Notes: generated from the sequence alone by a model not told the origin. A stretch of DNA of 64,000 bases from an uncultured Candidatus Saccharibacteria bacterium (GCA_964507625.1 CAZDPR010000002.1:368-64367), one strand, 5' to 3'. Positions 9,725 through 20,423 are shown, numbered from the stretch's first letter. A program made the numbers and translations.

Positions 9725-10351
9725 ATGACAACAATTTCAGCACACATTCGAAACGCTTCTGAAAAATTAGAAGCAATCCGATCTGCAGGAAATATTCCTG
9801 CGGTAGTATACGGAGCAGGAATTCAGGCTCCTATGAGCATTTCTGTAGAACGAGAAGCTTTTAAAAAAGCTTGGAAAGCAGCGGGAGGTTCTTCCGCAAT
9901 TACCCTTTCAGTAGATGGAAAAAACTTTGATGTCCTTATTCATGATTTCCAAATTGACCCTGCGACAGATAACGTTATTCATGCAGACCTTCTCGCTCTG
10001 GATAAAGCTACAAAAGTAACTGTGGGAGTAGAAATTGAATTTGAAGGAATTTCACCTGCAGTAAAAGCCGGAACAGGAACACTTGAAAAAATGCTCCACG
10101 AAATTGAAGTTGAAGCACTTCCAGCAGATCTTCCAAAAAATATCATTGTTGACATTTCAAAACTTGAAAATGTTGGAGACCACATCCAAGTAAAAGATCT
10201 CGGAGTTTCATCAAAAGTTGATGTAAAAAACGATCCAGAAGATATTGTTGTGGTAGTTACTGGACTCCAAGAAGAAGTTGAATCAGCTGATGTTGATCTT
10301 TCAGCTATCGAAGTAGAACAAAAAGGTAAAAAGGAAGAAACAGAAGAATAA
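9725..10351 (+). CDS. rplY: 50S ribosomal protein L25 / general stress protein Ctc
   Basis: N-terminal RxxxGKxxxRxLRxxGxIPAVVYG pattern and an acidic C-terminal extension. Confidence 0.8.
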   Translation: MTTISAHIRNASEKLEAIRSAGNIPAVVYGAGIQAPMSISVEREAFKKAWKAAGGSSAITLSVDGKNFDVLIHDFQIDPATDNVIHADLLALDKATKVTVGVEIEFEGISPAVKAGTGTLEKMLHEIEVEALPADLPKNIIVDISKLENVGDHIQVKDLGVSSKVDVKNDPEDIVVVVTGLQEEVESADVDLSAIEVEQKGKKEETEE

Positions 10352-10352
10352 A

Positions 10353-10376
10353 AATACCCGAAACGGGTATTTTTTA
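10353..10376 (+). terminator. Rho-independent terminator
   Basis: ATACCCG-aaa-CGGGTAT followed by a T run. Confidence 0.55.
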
Positions 10377-10431
10377 CTTGTGGATAACTTGGTTTCTAAG
10401 AGTCATTGTAATGTGATAGAATCTAGGGTAT

Positions 10432-11787
10432 ATGAAATCAAATAAATTATTTGCATGGATATTGTTATCTGTAATATTTTTTTCAAATATAAGTGTGGTA
10501 ACGCCTGTTTTTGCTCAAACCGCAGAACAAGACAAACTTCGTCAAGAATTACAAAAATTAGAGCAAGAGCTTGCTGCTGAGCAAAAAAAATTAGAGCAGC
10601 AACGAGCAATTTCCGGTTCTCTTTCAAAAGAAGTTGCTGCGCTCAATGCAGAAATTAAAAAGAAACAAGATGCCATTACTGCAAAAAACAGAACCTTACA
10701 ACAGTTATCAGGGAAAATAACTGAAAAAACTAAAACCATTGAAACATTAGAACAAAAACGTCGCCGTCAAGAAAATTCTTTGGCAGAAATTTTGCGTAAA
10801 AAAAATCAATTCGATAACTATACGCTCACGGAAATGCTTTTTTCAAAAGAATCACTTTCAGAATTTTTGTATGAAGTTGATCAGTTAGAATCAATTAATG
10901 CCGGAATACAGGAGTCGTTTGGAATTATTCGAGAAACAAAAAACAAAACGAGTAAAGAGCGAGAGTCTCTACAAGAACAGAGAGAAAAAGAGAATGATGT
11001 AAAATATGCATTGGAAGTAGAGAAAAAAAGTGTAGAGGTAACACAATCAGAAAAAAATAGAACACTCCAGGTAAGTAAAGGTCAAGAACAAAACTATGAA
11101 GCCGTTATTCGAGATCGACAAGCTCGTATTGCCCAGATTCGTGCCGAACTTATTCGATTCGAAGGTTCAGGTATTGAAAGTAGATCAATTTCTTTTGGAG
11201 AAGCGTACGACTATGCAAAAGCTGCTTCTGAAAAAACTGGAATACGGCCCGCTTTCATTTTAGCTATTATGCAACAAGAAACCAATTTTGGTAATAACGT
11301 TGGTGGTTGTTATCTCAGAAATGGAGAAACTGGTGAAGGGATTTATGTTCGTTCAGGAAATCCTTCACAAAGAAACATGGTTCCTGGAAATTTTGCAAAC
11401 TTTGTAAAAATAACAGAAAGTCTCGGCCGTGACTGGCGAACAACCCCTATTTCCTGTGCGCTTGTACGACCTGACGGAACAATCTTTGGTTTCGGTGGAG
11501 CGATGGGATATACACAATTTATTCCAAATACATGGATGAGTGTTGAGGCACGCGTGCGACAATTTACTGGAGCAAGTGTTGCAAATCCATGGAACCCACA
11601 ACACGCAGTATTTGCTACAGCTATATTTCTAAGAGATTTAGGAGCTCAATCACAAACCTATAGCGCAGAATATAATGCTGCTTGTCGTTATTATGGGGCA
11701 TGCTCAACCTATGGAACTTCGGTTATGACTAAGGCAGCGAACATACAAAAGACTATCGATCAATTGGAACAGTTAAGTCGTCGGTAA
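10432..11787 (+). CDS. Secreted coiled-coil protein with C-terminal lytic-transglycosylase (SLT/lysozyme-like) domain
   Basis: Signal peptide and a long heptad-rich region; the C-terminal ILAIMQQETNFG, GAMGYTQFIPNTW and AEYNAAC motifs fit an SLT catalytic domain. Confidence 0.55.
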   Translation: MKSNKLFAWILLSVIFFSNISVVTPVFAQTAEQDKLRQELQKLEQELAAEQKKLEQQRAISGSLSKEVAALNAEIKKKQDAITAKNRTLQQLSGKITEKTKTIETLEQKRRRQENSLAEILRKKNQFDNYTLTEMLFSKESLSEFLYEVDQLESINAGIQESFGIIRETKNKTSKERESLQEQREKENDVKYALEVEKKSVEVTQSEKNRTLQVSKGQEQNYEAVIRDRQARIAQIRAELIRFEGSGIESRSISFGEAYDYAKAASEKTGIRPAFILAIMQQETNFGNNVGGCYLRNGETGEGIYVRSGNPSQRNMVPGNFANFVKITESLGRDWRTTPISCALVRPDGTIFGFGGAMGYTQFIPNTWMSVEARVRQFTGASVANPWNPQHAVFATAIFLRDLGAQSQTYSAEYNAACRYYGACSTYGTSVMTKAANIQKTIDQLEQLSRR

Positions 11788-11828
11788 TACTTGCAAAAAA
11801 TATAAAAAGATGCTATATTGTGAGTATT

Positions 11829-12089
11829 ATGAAAAAAGAAATCCATCCTCAAAACTATCGACAAGTTGTGTTTGTTGACGCAACTAATGGATCAATGTTC
11901 CTTGCTGGTTCTACTATTCCTACCAACGAAACCGTTGTTTATACTGACGGAAAAGAATACCCAAAGTGTGTAGTAGAAACTTCAAGCGCTTCTCATCCAT
12001 TTTATACAGGTCAAGAAAAACAGCTCGATACAGCAGGACGAGCAGAAAAATTCAAAGCTCGCGTTGCAAAAGCTGGAAAAAGAGCATAA
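11829..12089 (+). CDS. rpmE: 50S ribosomal protein L31 (Cys-less type B)
   Basis: MKKEIHP start and HPFYTGQ motif; no Zn-ribbon cysteines. Confidence 0.75.
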   Translation: MKKEIHPQNYRQVVFVDATNGSMFLAGSTIPTNETVVYTDGKEYPKCVVETSSASHPFYTGQEKQLDTAGRAEKFKARVAKAGKRA

Positions 12090-12149
12090 TGTACAGCATC
12101 AGAAAAGCCATTCCAGAATATATTGGATGGCTTTTCTTATATTATTTTT

Positions 12150-13112
12150 ATGGATATACAATCATTAAAACAAAATCCTCGTACCCAATATTACGCTCAG
12201 GAATTGGAGCGTGTTTTGCGTGAACAAGAAGAAACAAAACAGCTCATTGAACATGACCCAAATCTTTCCGAAATTGCTGAGCAAGAATTGCGGCAGCTTG
12301 AAGAAACTCAAAAAATAATTGAATCTCAAATCCAAGAAATTTTAGATAAAGAAAAAGAGGAGGATGAGTTTCCTAACGAAATTGTTTTGGAGGTTCGCGC
12401 AGGTGCGGGTGGGGATGAGGCTTCAATTTTTGCACGAGACCTCGCAGAAATGTATGAACGATATGCAGAAAAAATGGGTTGGTCATGGCGAACCATTGAT
12501 ATTTCAGATAATGATCTAGGGGGGTATAAAGACGCATCATTTGAAGTAAAAGGACTTGATTGTTATAAATTACTCCAATATGAAACTGGTGCACATCGAG
12601 TTCAGAGAATTCCCGCAACAGAAAAACAGGGTCGTATTCATACGTCCACGGCAACGGTTGCTATTATGCCGATTCGTAAAAAAATTACCATTGAACTCGA
12701 TCCTGCTGAACTCGAATTTGAAACATCACGTGCAGGAGGAGCAGGAGGACAAAACGTAAACAAAGTAGAATCAGCGGTTCGTGTAATTCACAAACCAACC
12801 GGGATCAGTTTCCGATCAACCGTAGAACGATCACAATTAGCAAACAAGGAACGCGTATTAGACTTGCTTCGTGCAAAATTACAACAAATTCATGATGAGG
12901 AAGTTGCAAGTAAGGACTCTGCAAATCGTAAAAAACAAGTAGGATCGGGAGATCGGTCAGAAAAAATTAGAACGTATAACTATCCTCAGGATCGAATTAC
13001 AGACCATCGTATCCGACAAAACTTTTCAAATATTCCCAGTATTATGGCAGGGAATATTGATAAAATCTTGCAAGCACTTGCAGATGCAGAAAGCTTTGAA
13101 GATGGGGAATAA
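12150..13112 (+). CDS. prfA: Peptide chain release factor 1
   Basis: GGQ motif ([18 protein letters not shown]), PxT-region and overall RF1 architecture; start at MDIQSLKQN. Confidence 0.9.
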   Translation: MDIQSLKQNPRTQYYAQELERVLREQEETKQLIEHDPNLSEIAEQELRQLEETQKIIESQIQEILDKEKEEDEFPNEIVLEVRAGAGGDEASIFARDLAEMYERYAEKMGWSWRTIDISDNDLGGYKDASFEVKGLDCYKLLQYETGAHRVQRIPATEKQGRIHTSTATVAIMPIRKKITIELDPAELEFETSRAGGAGGQNVNKVESAVRVIHKPTGISFRSTVERSQLANKERVLDLLRAKLQQIHDEEVASKDSANRKKQVGSGDRSEKIRTYNYPQDRITDHRIRQNFSNIPSIMAGNIDKILQALADAESFEDGE

Positions 13113-13135
13113 AAAACACTTTCTGGAAGTGTTTT

Positions 13136-13855
13136 TTATTTTACAAATTTTGTAAATCGATCAACTCCAAACTGATCTAATACAGTTTCAGATTCTGGCA
13201 ATAACCGTTTTATTTCCTCTACTTGTTCTGGTTCGTGTTCGATCCATAAAATACCCTCAGATTTGAGGAAATTCGGGGCATTTTGGGCGATTTGCGTAAT
13301 AATCTGCATTCCGTCCTTCCCACCAAATAACGCCAGTTCTGGCTCAAATTTGAACACATTTTCACCAATTCTGTCAGATAGTGCTGGATCAATATAAGGA
13401 GGATTGGTAATAATAATATCGTAGGTATCGGTAATATTTTCAAATAAATCTCCACCGTAAATTTTTGCTCGATTTGTATCAATACCGTTTTCAGTAATAT
13501 TTTTTAAAATAGTGATGTGGTGCGATTCATCAAGTTCTGCAAAATCAACCGTACTTGTCGACAATGCTTTTAACAACGCAACACCAATACAGCCTGATCC
13601 GGCACACAAATCCAAGATTTTCAAATTTTGTTTATCTGATAATTCAGTAATAATTTTATTTACCAAGTATTCTGTTTCTGGACGGGGAATGAGAGGATGA
13701 GAGTCGAGGAAAATTTTTGTATTACAAAATGGTTGCCAGCCGATAACATATGCCAATGGTTCGCCTGATTCCAAACGCTTTAGATCGTTTTCAAATTCTG
13801 AAGTTTGTATTCCATTGTATTTATCTTGCAACAACCACTGTATTTCTTGATTCAT
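13136..13855 (-). CDS. prmC: Release-factor glutamine N5-methyltransferase PrmC/HemK (short)
   Basis: NPPY motif (IITNPPYI) and SAM-binding LDLCAGSGCIG; convergent with prfA. Confidence 0.8.
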   Translation of the reverse strand: MNQEIQWLLQDKYNGIQTSEFENDLKRLESGEPLAYVIGWQPFCNTKIFLDSHPLIPRPETEYLVNKIITELSDKQNLKILDLCAGSGCIGVALLKALSTSTVDFAELDESHHITILKNITENGIDTNRAKIYGGDLFENITDTYDIIITNPPYIDPALSDRIGENVFKFEPELALFGGKDGMQIITQIAQNAPNFLKSEGILWIEHEPEQVEEIKRLLPESETVLDQFGVDRFTKFVK

Positions 13856-13897
13856 ATATTTATAACTGTACTGATTAAAATTATATTGTAAACAAAA

Positions 13898-13930
13898 AAA
13901 AGGGACCCCCGGGTCCCTTTATGTTTTTTG
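13898..13930 (-). terminator. Rho-independent terminator
   Basis: AAAGGGACCC-CC-GGGTCCCTTT stem with a T run on the minus strand, downstream of the ClpP-like gene. Confidence 0.55.
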
Positions 13931-13936
13931 AAAGAA

Positions 13937-14554
13937 TTACCAAATCCAATCTTTTTTAGTTTTGGCAATTTTTGTGATTAATCCAATCTCTAGCGCCTTT
14001 TTTGCCGAGATAGGGTACTCGGTTCTTTCGCCGGTTTTTTCAAGTTCTATAATTTGTGATGTCGTAATTTTTAATCGACTAGCAAGGGTATCAAGAAACA
14101 TTCCTTCTGTGTGCCTATGTTCTTCTAGGGCTATATTCACCTGCTCCTCTGGTGAGACGTTATATCCATGATTAAACTTAACACTAACACCACCTGCACC
14201 AGCATGGAATAAAAAATCAGAAGCTGGAAGAGCTATTCTATTTCTGCACGCAGATAGTATCAAAATACCCGATGAGTGACACCTACTCTGCACATAACCA
14301 TCAACTGGCGCTTTCGAGAAAAGAATTGCATCATAAATCTTAAGAGCAGACCTCACTTGTCCGCCATTTGTGTCTATGAGAATTTTAATCTCCCGCTTTG
14401 GATTAATAGCGTTAAGCACGGCAATATGCGTAATTACATATTCTTCCAAATCATCATCAATTTCAGAAGATATTGGAATAATACGATTACTAAAGACCAT
14501 GTCCTGATATGCATCTGGATCAATTTTTGTAAGAAATTTAACTAATTCCTCCAT
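13937..14554 (-). CDS. ClpP/S14-family serine peptidase-like protein
   Basis: NGGQVRSALKIYD matches the ClpP INSPGG region; candidate Ser (HSSG), His (FLFHAG) and acidic residue align with the ClpP triad; no clpX nearby. Confidence 0.5.
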   Translation of the reverse strand: MEELVKFLTKIDPDAYQDMVFSNRIIPISSEIDDDLEEYVITHIAVLNAINPKREIKILIDTNGGQVRSALKIYDAILFSKAPVDGYVQSRCHSSGILILSACRNRIALPASDFLFHAGAGGVSVKFNHGYNVSPEEQVNIALEEHRHTEGMFLDTLASRLKITTSQIIELEKTGERTEYPISAKKALEIGLITKIAKTKKDWIW

Positions 14555-14613
14555 TTTTTTGTTTTAGTTGTGAAAAAATAATTTCTATGTTAAAATAGCA
14601 CAATATATAATTT

Positions 14614-15330
14614 ATGTCAATAAAAATTGGGAAACTCTATATCGTTGCAACACCTATCGGAAATTTGGCCGATATGACTTTTCGCGCGGTTGAAGTACTC
14701 AAATCAGTAGACTATATTTTATGTGAAGACACCAGAACTACTGGATCATTACTCAAACACTATGCAATTCCAAATAAAAATCAGGCAGGGCAGAGTAAAT
14801 TAATGAGTTTCCACGCTCATTCAAAACTCACCAAGGTAAACCAGATTATTGCACTCATCGAACAGGGGAAAAATTGTGCACTTGTTTCTGACGCAGGAAC
14901 ACCATGTATATCAGATCCGGGGGTAATGCTGGTTGCAGAATTGCAAAAACATTTTGGGAACGAATTTATCACTTCACCAATCCCTGGCCCCAGCGCGATG
15001 ATCTCTGCACTATCTGCATCAGGATTACCAGCTCATGAATTTGTTTGGAAAGGATTTATTCCTCATAAAAAAGGTCGGGAAACATTTTTTAAAGAAATTG
15101 TAGAAACAAAAACTACGATTGTTTTTTATGAATCAGTACATCGATTTATGAAAACACTTGAATCACTGGTAGAGCATGTACCGGATCGAACCGTAGTTAT
15201 CGCAAGAGAAATTACTAAACTATTTGAAGAATTTAAAAAGGGAACTCCTGCTGAACTAATAAATTATTACACAACACATCCTGATAAAGTAAAAGGTGAA
15301 TTTGTTATTATGGTTGGACCAAAAAAATAA
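14614..15330 (+). CDS. rsmI: 16S rRNA (cytidine1402-2'-O)-methyltransferase
   Basis: LYIVATPIGNLADMTFRAVEVLKSVDYILCEDTR N-terminus characteristic of RsmI (tetrapyrrole-methylase fold). Confidence 0.8.
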   Translation: MSIKIGKLYIVATPIGNLADMTFRAVEVLKSVDYILCEDTRTTGSLLKHYAIPNKNQAGQSKLMSFHAHSKLTKVNQIIALIEQGKNCALVSDAGTPCISDPGVMLVAELQKHFGNEFITSPIPGPSAMISALSASGLPAHEFVWKGFIPHKKGRETFFKEIVETKTTIVFYESVHRFMKTLESLVEHVPDRTVVIAREITKLFEEFKKGTPAELINYYTTHPDKVKGEFVIMVGPKK

Positions 15331-15377
15331 CCCGGAAGGTTGTTTTTTGTTTTAAGGATATGTTACAATACTAACAT

Positions 15378-15662
15378 ATGAAACAAGCTCGATTTATTAT
15401 TTTTATAGGAATATGGGTTATTATTATATCAATATTAGGAATACCAATTCATGTCAAAAAGATACTGATCATTATTCCGAGCATCTTTTTAATAGCTATA
15501 GGGATTACTGAATTGCGAACGGCAAAAAAAATAGCAAGTCAATTTGATCCAAGTCAAGAGGAACTTATTACTGAAATTGCTGGGGACATTGCAGAAGATA
15601 TTTTAGAAGAATCAGTAGAAGCAACGAAGCAGGAGATGAGACATTTACGAGATATATTATAA
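15378..15662 (+). CDS. Small membrane protein
   Basis: 94 aa, two TM helices and an acidic tail. Confidence 0.3.
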   Translation: MKQARFIIFIGIWVIIISILGIPIHVKKILIIIPSIFLIAIGITELRTAKKIASQFDPSQEELITEIAGDIAEDILEESVEATKQEMRHLRDIL

Positions 15663-15680
15663 ATTTTATTTTTATTTTTT

Positions 15681-16874
15681 ATGGATAAAAAGGTTACTGT
15701 TTTTACAACTATACTCGGGGTTATGATAGTAATCTTTTTTGTGATTGGAATTGTATATGGAGGTAATACTTCATTAAAATTACAAAACCCTAAAAAGCAG
15801 ACACAGGAAAGTATTAGTACAATGGAAGAAGAAATACATATAATTACTGAAGAACAAATACAAGGAGTTACAGAAGATATTGAAATAATTACAACCCCTC
15901 ATCAAAAAACACCAAGTGAAGTTCGTGCAGTATATATGAGCGCGTGGGTTGCAAGTACGCCAAGTATACGAAATAAGCTTGTTGATTTTATAATAAATAA
16001 TAATATTAATAGTGTTGTTATTGATATTAAGGATGCGACCGGGAGAGTTTCATTTCTCATAAATGATCCAGTTGTTAATGAAATAGGTTCACCAAGAAAT
16101 CTTGTGAAAGATATGTCTGATTTTATCACATCGCTCCACGATAAAGGAATTTATGTCATTGGTCGTATTTCAGTATTTCAAGATCCATACCTTACAGAAA
16201 AAAGACCAGAGTGGGCAATTCAAAGTAAGTCAACAGGAAAACCCTGGAAAGACAAAAAAGGTCTTTCATTTCTAGATCCTACTAATGAGTCAGTTTGGGA
16301 TTATACTTTTAGAATTGCTCAAGCATCACATGATATTGGTTTTGATGAAATAAATTTTGACTATATTCGATTTCCTTCAGATGGTAATATAGCAGATATT
16401 CAATATCCTCAATCAATAGGAACAAAATCTGATGCAATTGAGCAATTTTTTAAAGCGTTGTATAATCGTTTTTCCAATACTCATATTATTACCTCCGCAG
16501 ATCTCTTTGGAATGACTACAAACAATACTGATGATTTAGGAATTGGTCAAGTTTTAGAGAAGGCACTGCCATATTTTGATTACATATCACCAATGATTTA
16601 TCCTTCTCATTATCCTCCGAATTTTTATGGATATGCAAATCCTGCTGCAAAGCCATACGAAATAATAACAATAGCAATGAAACGAGGTATTGAACGTGCT
16701 CAACTAATGGGGTATGGTCCAGAAAAATTTAGACCTTGGATTCAGGATTTTGACATGGGTGCAACCTACACAAAAGAAATGGTACAATTACAAATACAGG
16801 CACTTAAAGACCTTGGTATACAGAGTTACATGTCATGGGATCCGAGTAATGCATATACACATGGAGCATATTAA
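15681..16874 (+). CDS. Putative glycoside-hydrolase-like protein (DUF4015-like TIM barrel), membrane-anchored
   Basis: N-terminal TM; VRAVYMSAW...NSVVIDIKDATG pattern resembles the DUF4015 putative glycosyl hydrolase family. Confidence 0.35.
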   Translation: MDKKVTVFTTILGVMIVIFFVIGIVYGGNTSLKLQNPKKQTQESISTMEEEIHIITEEQIQGVTEDIEIITTPHQKTPSEVRAVYMSAWVASTPSIRNKLVDFIINNNINSVVIDIKDATGRVSFLINDPVVNEIGSPRNLVKDMSDFITSLHDKGIYVIGRISVFQDPYLTEKRPEWAIQSKSTGKPWKDKKGLSFLDPTNESVWDYTFRIAQASHDIGFDEINFDYIRFPSDGNIADIQYPQSIGTKSDAIEQFFKALYNRFSNTHIITSADLFGMTTNNTDDLGIGQVLEKALPYFDYISPMIYPSHYPPNFYGYANPAAKPYEIITIAMKRGIERAQLMGYGPEKFRPWIQDFDMGATYTKEMVQLQIQALKDLGIQSYMSWDPSNAYTHGAY

Positions 16875-16899
16875 TATATAAATATAATATTTTTTAATT

Positions 16900-18102
16900 A
16901 TGAATCAAGAAAGCTATCAAAAATTAATAAAAAAAATTCTAATAACGTTGGGAGTATTAGGAGTTTTTGCTGTGGGAATTTTTGTTGGTAAAATTTCTGA
17001 CGCAAAACATGAGATAATACAACCAGAAACACTAGGTATTTCTTCTACCAAAGATTTTGCACAATTTTGGAATGTCTGGAAATTGTTAAATGAAAAATTT
17101 CCTTTTAAAGAAAAAATTCCTACTGACACAGAAAGAATTTATGGTGCCATTTCTGGAATGGTTGGATCCTTCAAAGATCCATACACTTCTTTTTTTCCGC
17201 CACGACAGGCTAAAATGTTTTTAGAAGATGTTGAAGGTGAATTTGGAGGTATTGGAGCAGAAGTTGGTATGCGTGATGGATTAATAACTATTATTACACC
17301 AATGAAAAATTCTCCTGCCGAAAAAGCAGGTTTGCAATCTGGAGATATTGTTGTCAAAATTAATGGTACCACGACTGAAAATATGTTAGTAGATGAAGCA
17401 GTCTCAATCATTCGGGGGCCGGTAGATTCGAAAGTCGTTCTCACTATTGGGAGACCGGAAACAGGATCGGTATTTGACGTTGAAATAACAAGAGGGCTCA
17501 TTAATATTCCAGTGATCGAAACAAAAAAAGAAGGCGATGTTTTTATTATTAATTTTTATACATTTTCAGCACAGTCTGCAAATTTATTCAGAGATGCATT
17601 ACAAGAATTTAAAAATTCTGGAAGCAATAAACTGATTATTGATTTACGAAATAACCCTGGTGGATATCTTAATGCCTCAATTGATATTGCAAGTTATTTC
17701 CTACCACAAGGAAAAATAATACTTCGTGAAGACCAAGGTTCAGGAAAACCTGAATTAGTCTATCGAAGTATTGGTTCAGATATTGTTTTGCCAAAAGGAT
17801 TTCAATTAATATTATTAGTGAATGAAGGGTCTGCATCAGCTTCTGAAATTCTTGCAGGAGCAATTTCTGAACATAAAGCTGGTAAGGTAGTAGGAGTGAA
17901 AACGTTCGGTAAAGGGTCTGTTCAGGAGCTGGTACCACTCAGTGATGGTTCTTCGGTAAAAATTACCGTAGCGCAGTGGTTAACACCAAACGGTGTCTCT
18001 ATTTCTGAAAAAGGAATTACCCCTGATTATATTGTTTCAGAAAAATCTTCTGAAAAAAATTTAGATCCTATTTTAAAAAAGGCGTTATCATTATTCAAAT
18101 AA
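16900..18102 (+). CDS. ctpA: Carboxy-terminal processing protease (S41) with PDZ domain
   Basis: PDZ (GIGAEVGMRDGLITIITPMKNSPAEKAGLQSGDIV) and S41 catalytic region (LVNEGSASASEILAGA ... K). Confidence 0.8.
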   Translation: MNQESYQKLIKKILITLGVLGVFAVGIFVGKISDAKHEIIQPETLGISSTKDFAQFWNVWKLLNEKFPFKEKIPTDTERIYGAISGMVGSFKDPYTSFFPPRQAKMFLEDVEGEFGGIGAEVGMRDGLITIITPMKNSPAEKAGLQSGDIVVKINGTTTENMLVDEAVSIIRGPVDSKVVLTIGRPETGSVFDVEITRGLINIPVIETKKEGDVFIINFYTFSAQSANLFRDALQEFKNSGSNKLIIDLRNNPGGYLNASIDIASYFLPQGKIILREDQGSGKPELVYRSIGSDIVLPKGFQLILLVNEGSASASEILAGAISEHKAGKVVGVKTFGKGSVQELVPLSDGSSVKITVAQWLTPNGVSISEKGITPDYIVSEKSSEKNLDPILKKALSLFK

Positions 18103-18115
18103 ATTCAAGAAAAAT

Positions 18116-18556
18116 ATGAAAGTTTTATTTATAAAACATTTACGAGGAAAGGGAAGTATTGGTGATATTAAAGAAGTTCCAGATGGGTATGGTACGAATT
18201 TTCTTATTACTCAAGGGTATGCGGTAAAGGCAACCGAAGAAATTATTAAAAAATATAAACAAGCACAGCAAGAAAAGGAGAAGGAGGAACAAGAGGAATT
18301 AATGAAAATTAAAGAAATTATTAATTTTATTAATGGAAAACAAATAATTATTTATGTTGCCCAAAAAGATCAATCAGGGAAATTATATAAAAGTATTTCA
18401 ATAAATGAATTACTAATTGAGGTAAAAAAACAATTAGGAGTTCAATTGCAAAAAAATTTTATTCAGTATCAAAAACCTATTAAAGAAATTGGTAATCATA
18501 CTATTTTGATACAGTATAAAAACATTGCAGGAAAAATAAATATTGATATAAAATAA
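18116..18556 (+). CDS. rplI: 50S ribosomal protein L9
   Basis: MKVLFIKHLRGKGSIGDIKEVPDGYGTNFLI N-domain. Confidence 0.8.
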   Translation: MKVLFIKHLRGKGSIGDIKEVPDGYGTNFLITQGYAVKATEEIIKKYKQAQQEKEKEEQEELMKIKEIINFINGKQIIIYVAQKDQSGKLYKSISINELLIEVKKQLGVQLQKNFIQYQKPIKEIGNHTILIQYKNIAGKINIDIK

Positions 18557-18558
18557 AA

Positions 18559-18584
18559 AAATCCCTTATAGGGATTTTTTTATT
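18559..18584. terminator. Bidirectional terminator between rplI and rpmA
   Basis: AATCCC-ttata-GGGATT stem with flanking A/T runs. Confidence 0.5.
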
Positions 18585-18857
18585 TTATATCACATTCGCT
18601 ACTTTTTTATTAGTGGTAGTTCCATTAAATTTTTGTTGTCGTTTAGTAGAAAATTTTACAGTACCTGCCTTATCGGCATATAATGTATGATCTTTACCAA
18701 TACGAACATTTTTACCAGCAATAATTCGCGTACCACGTTGACGGACAATGATTGAACCAGCAGATGCTTGTTCACCATCATACAATTTAGTACCCAAATA
18801 TTTTGGATTTGAATCTGAAAGGTTTTTAGCAGTACCTCCTGCTTTTCTTGTTGCCAT
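18585..18857 (-). CDS. rpmA: 50S ribosomal protein L27
   Basis: [12 protein letters not shown]...[26 protein letters not shown]; slightly extended C-terminus. Confidence 0.85.
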   Translation of the reverse strand: MATRKAGGTAKNLSDSNPKYLGTKLYDGEQASAGSIIVRQRGTRIIAGKNVRIGKDHTLYADKAGTVKFSTKRQQKFNGTTTNKKVANVI

Positions 18858-18949
18858 ATGATTTGATAAATATTACTTATTTTTAATAATTATGCTATAC
18901 TTTCCAGTATAACTTAAATTTAAAAAATAATCAAGCACTCTTACACTAT

Positions 18950-19369
18950 ATGGATATAGAAAAGAAAATCATCTCTTTTATTAAAAAACCACAGATAATG
19001 AGAATTGTCTACTTTTTGGGATGTATGATTATTTCGTATATGTTTGGTATATTTACCTATAAATATTATGTAGATCAAAATTTTTCTCCGATTATAGAAC
19101 TTCCAAAACAACCTGTTCCACTGACACTACAATATATAAATAGGAATATGTTTAATGAATTTGATGAATTACCAGCAGTAGAGGAGGGTAGTAATACACA
19201 AAATCAATCAGTGGGTCAAAAAAATTTTGTTGCATCAAAGTCGGGTGAGAAATACTATCCAATAGACTGTGGATCAGTGTCTCGGATAAAAGAAGAAAAT
19301 AAGGTATTTTTTGCCACAGCACAAGAAGCTGAATCAAAAGGATATGAACGTTCTGCAACATGTAATTAA
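18950..19369 (+). CDS. Membrane-anchored hypothetical protein with C-terminal Ada-Zn-binding-like (sunset-type) motif
   Basis: N-terminal TM; the C-terminal YYPIDCxxxxRIKEENKVFFATAQEAESKGYERSATC resembles the Ada metal-binding/sunset domain pattern. Confidence 0.3.
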   Translation: MDIEKKIISFIKKPQIMRIVYFLGCMIISYMFGIFTYKYYVDQNFSPIIELPKQPVPLTLQYINRNMFNEFDELPAVEEGSNTQNQSVGQKNFVASKSGEKYYPIDCGSVSRIKEENKVFFATAQEAESKGYERSATCN

Positions 19370-19378
19370 AGGGTATTT

Positions 19379-20251
19379 ATGAAAAATATATTACTATTAT
19401 TCACACTATTATGTATTCTACAATTTTCATTGAGTAATGGAGTTTCTTTTGTTTTTTCAAAAACTCCTCGGGAACCCCTAGAAAATATAATTATCGATGA
19501 AATTGATACATTATTAGTACTAGAGAAATCAGAAGCGCTCACTGGTAATATTATTCCTTTTGATACTACTGTAGTTATCAATAAAATTACATCAGATCAA
19601 ATAATCTATTATGTAAACCAAGAAAGAAGTAAGCATGACTTACTGCCAATAAACTTCAATACTCTACTTAGTTTTTCTGCATATGAAAAACTGCTTGACA
19701 TGAGGAATAATAATTACTTTTCATATATATCTCCTTATGAACCGAAAAGGGATTTTGCTGATTTTATTAAAGATGAGGGATATGATTTTTTACGAGTAAG
19801 TGAAAATCTTGCTTTTGGATATTTTAATTCAGCATCAGAAGTTGTTAATGAATGGATGAAAAATAAGCAGCATCGTGCAAATATACTCTATCCAGACTGG
19901 AAAGATGTTGGAGTTTCTGTATATCAGAATATTGATGGATCTTATTATATAGTGCAACACTTTGGAGTTAAGAAAAAAACTTGCCCTGAATTAACGCCTG
20001 GAATAAAAAATGAAATACAAAAAATAGAATCAATTGCATTAAAGCTTAAAAAAGACCTAGACTTATTAGAACAACAAATATTAGAAAGGGAAGAGGATTT
20101 TAGTCTAACAACAGAAAAAGATAACGAATTGATTAGTAAATATAATTTAACAATTAAAGAATATAACGCAAATGTAGAATATTATACAAAACTTATTAAT
20201 GATTATAATGAAGAAGTTGATACTATTGAAAAATGTAAAAGTTTAAGGTAA
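19379..20251 (+). CDS. Secreted CAP/SCP/PR1-like (YkwD-type) domain protein with C-terminal coiled coil
   Basis: Signal peptide; CAP signature region ENLAFGYFNSASEVVNEWMKNKQHRANILYPDWKDVGVSVY...YIVQHFG. Confidence 0.55.
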   Translation: MKNILLLFTLLCILQFSLSNGVSFVFSKTPREPLENIIIDEIDTLLVLEKSEALTGNIIPFDTTVVINKITSDQIIYYVNQERSKHDLLPINFNTLLSFSAYEKLLDMRNNNYFSYISPYEPKRDFADFIKDEGYDFLRVSENLAFGYFNSASEVVNEWMKNKQHRANILYPDWKDVGVSVYQNIDGSYYIVQHFGVKKKTCPELTPGIKNEIQKIESIALKLKKDLDLLEQQILEREEDFSLTTEKDNELISKYNLTIKEYNANVEYYTKLINDYNEEVDTIEKCKSLR

Positions 20252-20423
20252 GACGATTAAAAACAGGGGGGGGTGGGAGACCTGTTTTTAGTTTATGCTT
20301 ATTTTTTATATATAATGTCGCACAATATATCTTTTACGACATTATATAACAAATTAATAATAAATAATAAAAAACTTCTGACCATAAAGTACGATCAGAA
20401 GCTATGATAGCTTATTCTATTGC

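Noticed and set aside
11966-12223. 85-aa ORF overlapping the rpmE end and prfA start
   Set aside because: An out-of-frame overlap with two conserved genes, and a Arg/Ser/Lys-rich low-complexity product.
12150-13855. Convergent prfA/prmC arrangement as a regulatory oddity
   Set aside because: prmC is often but not always co-transcribed with prfA. Convergent placement with a shared intergenic 23 nt is unusual but has no further supporting signal, so it is not elevated to a finding.
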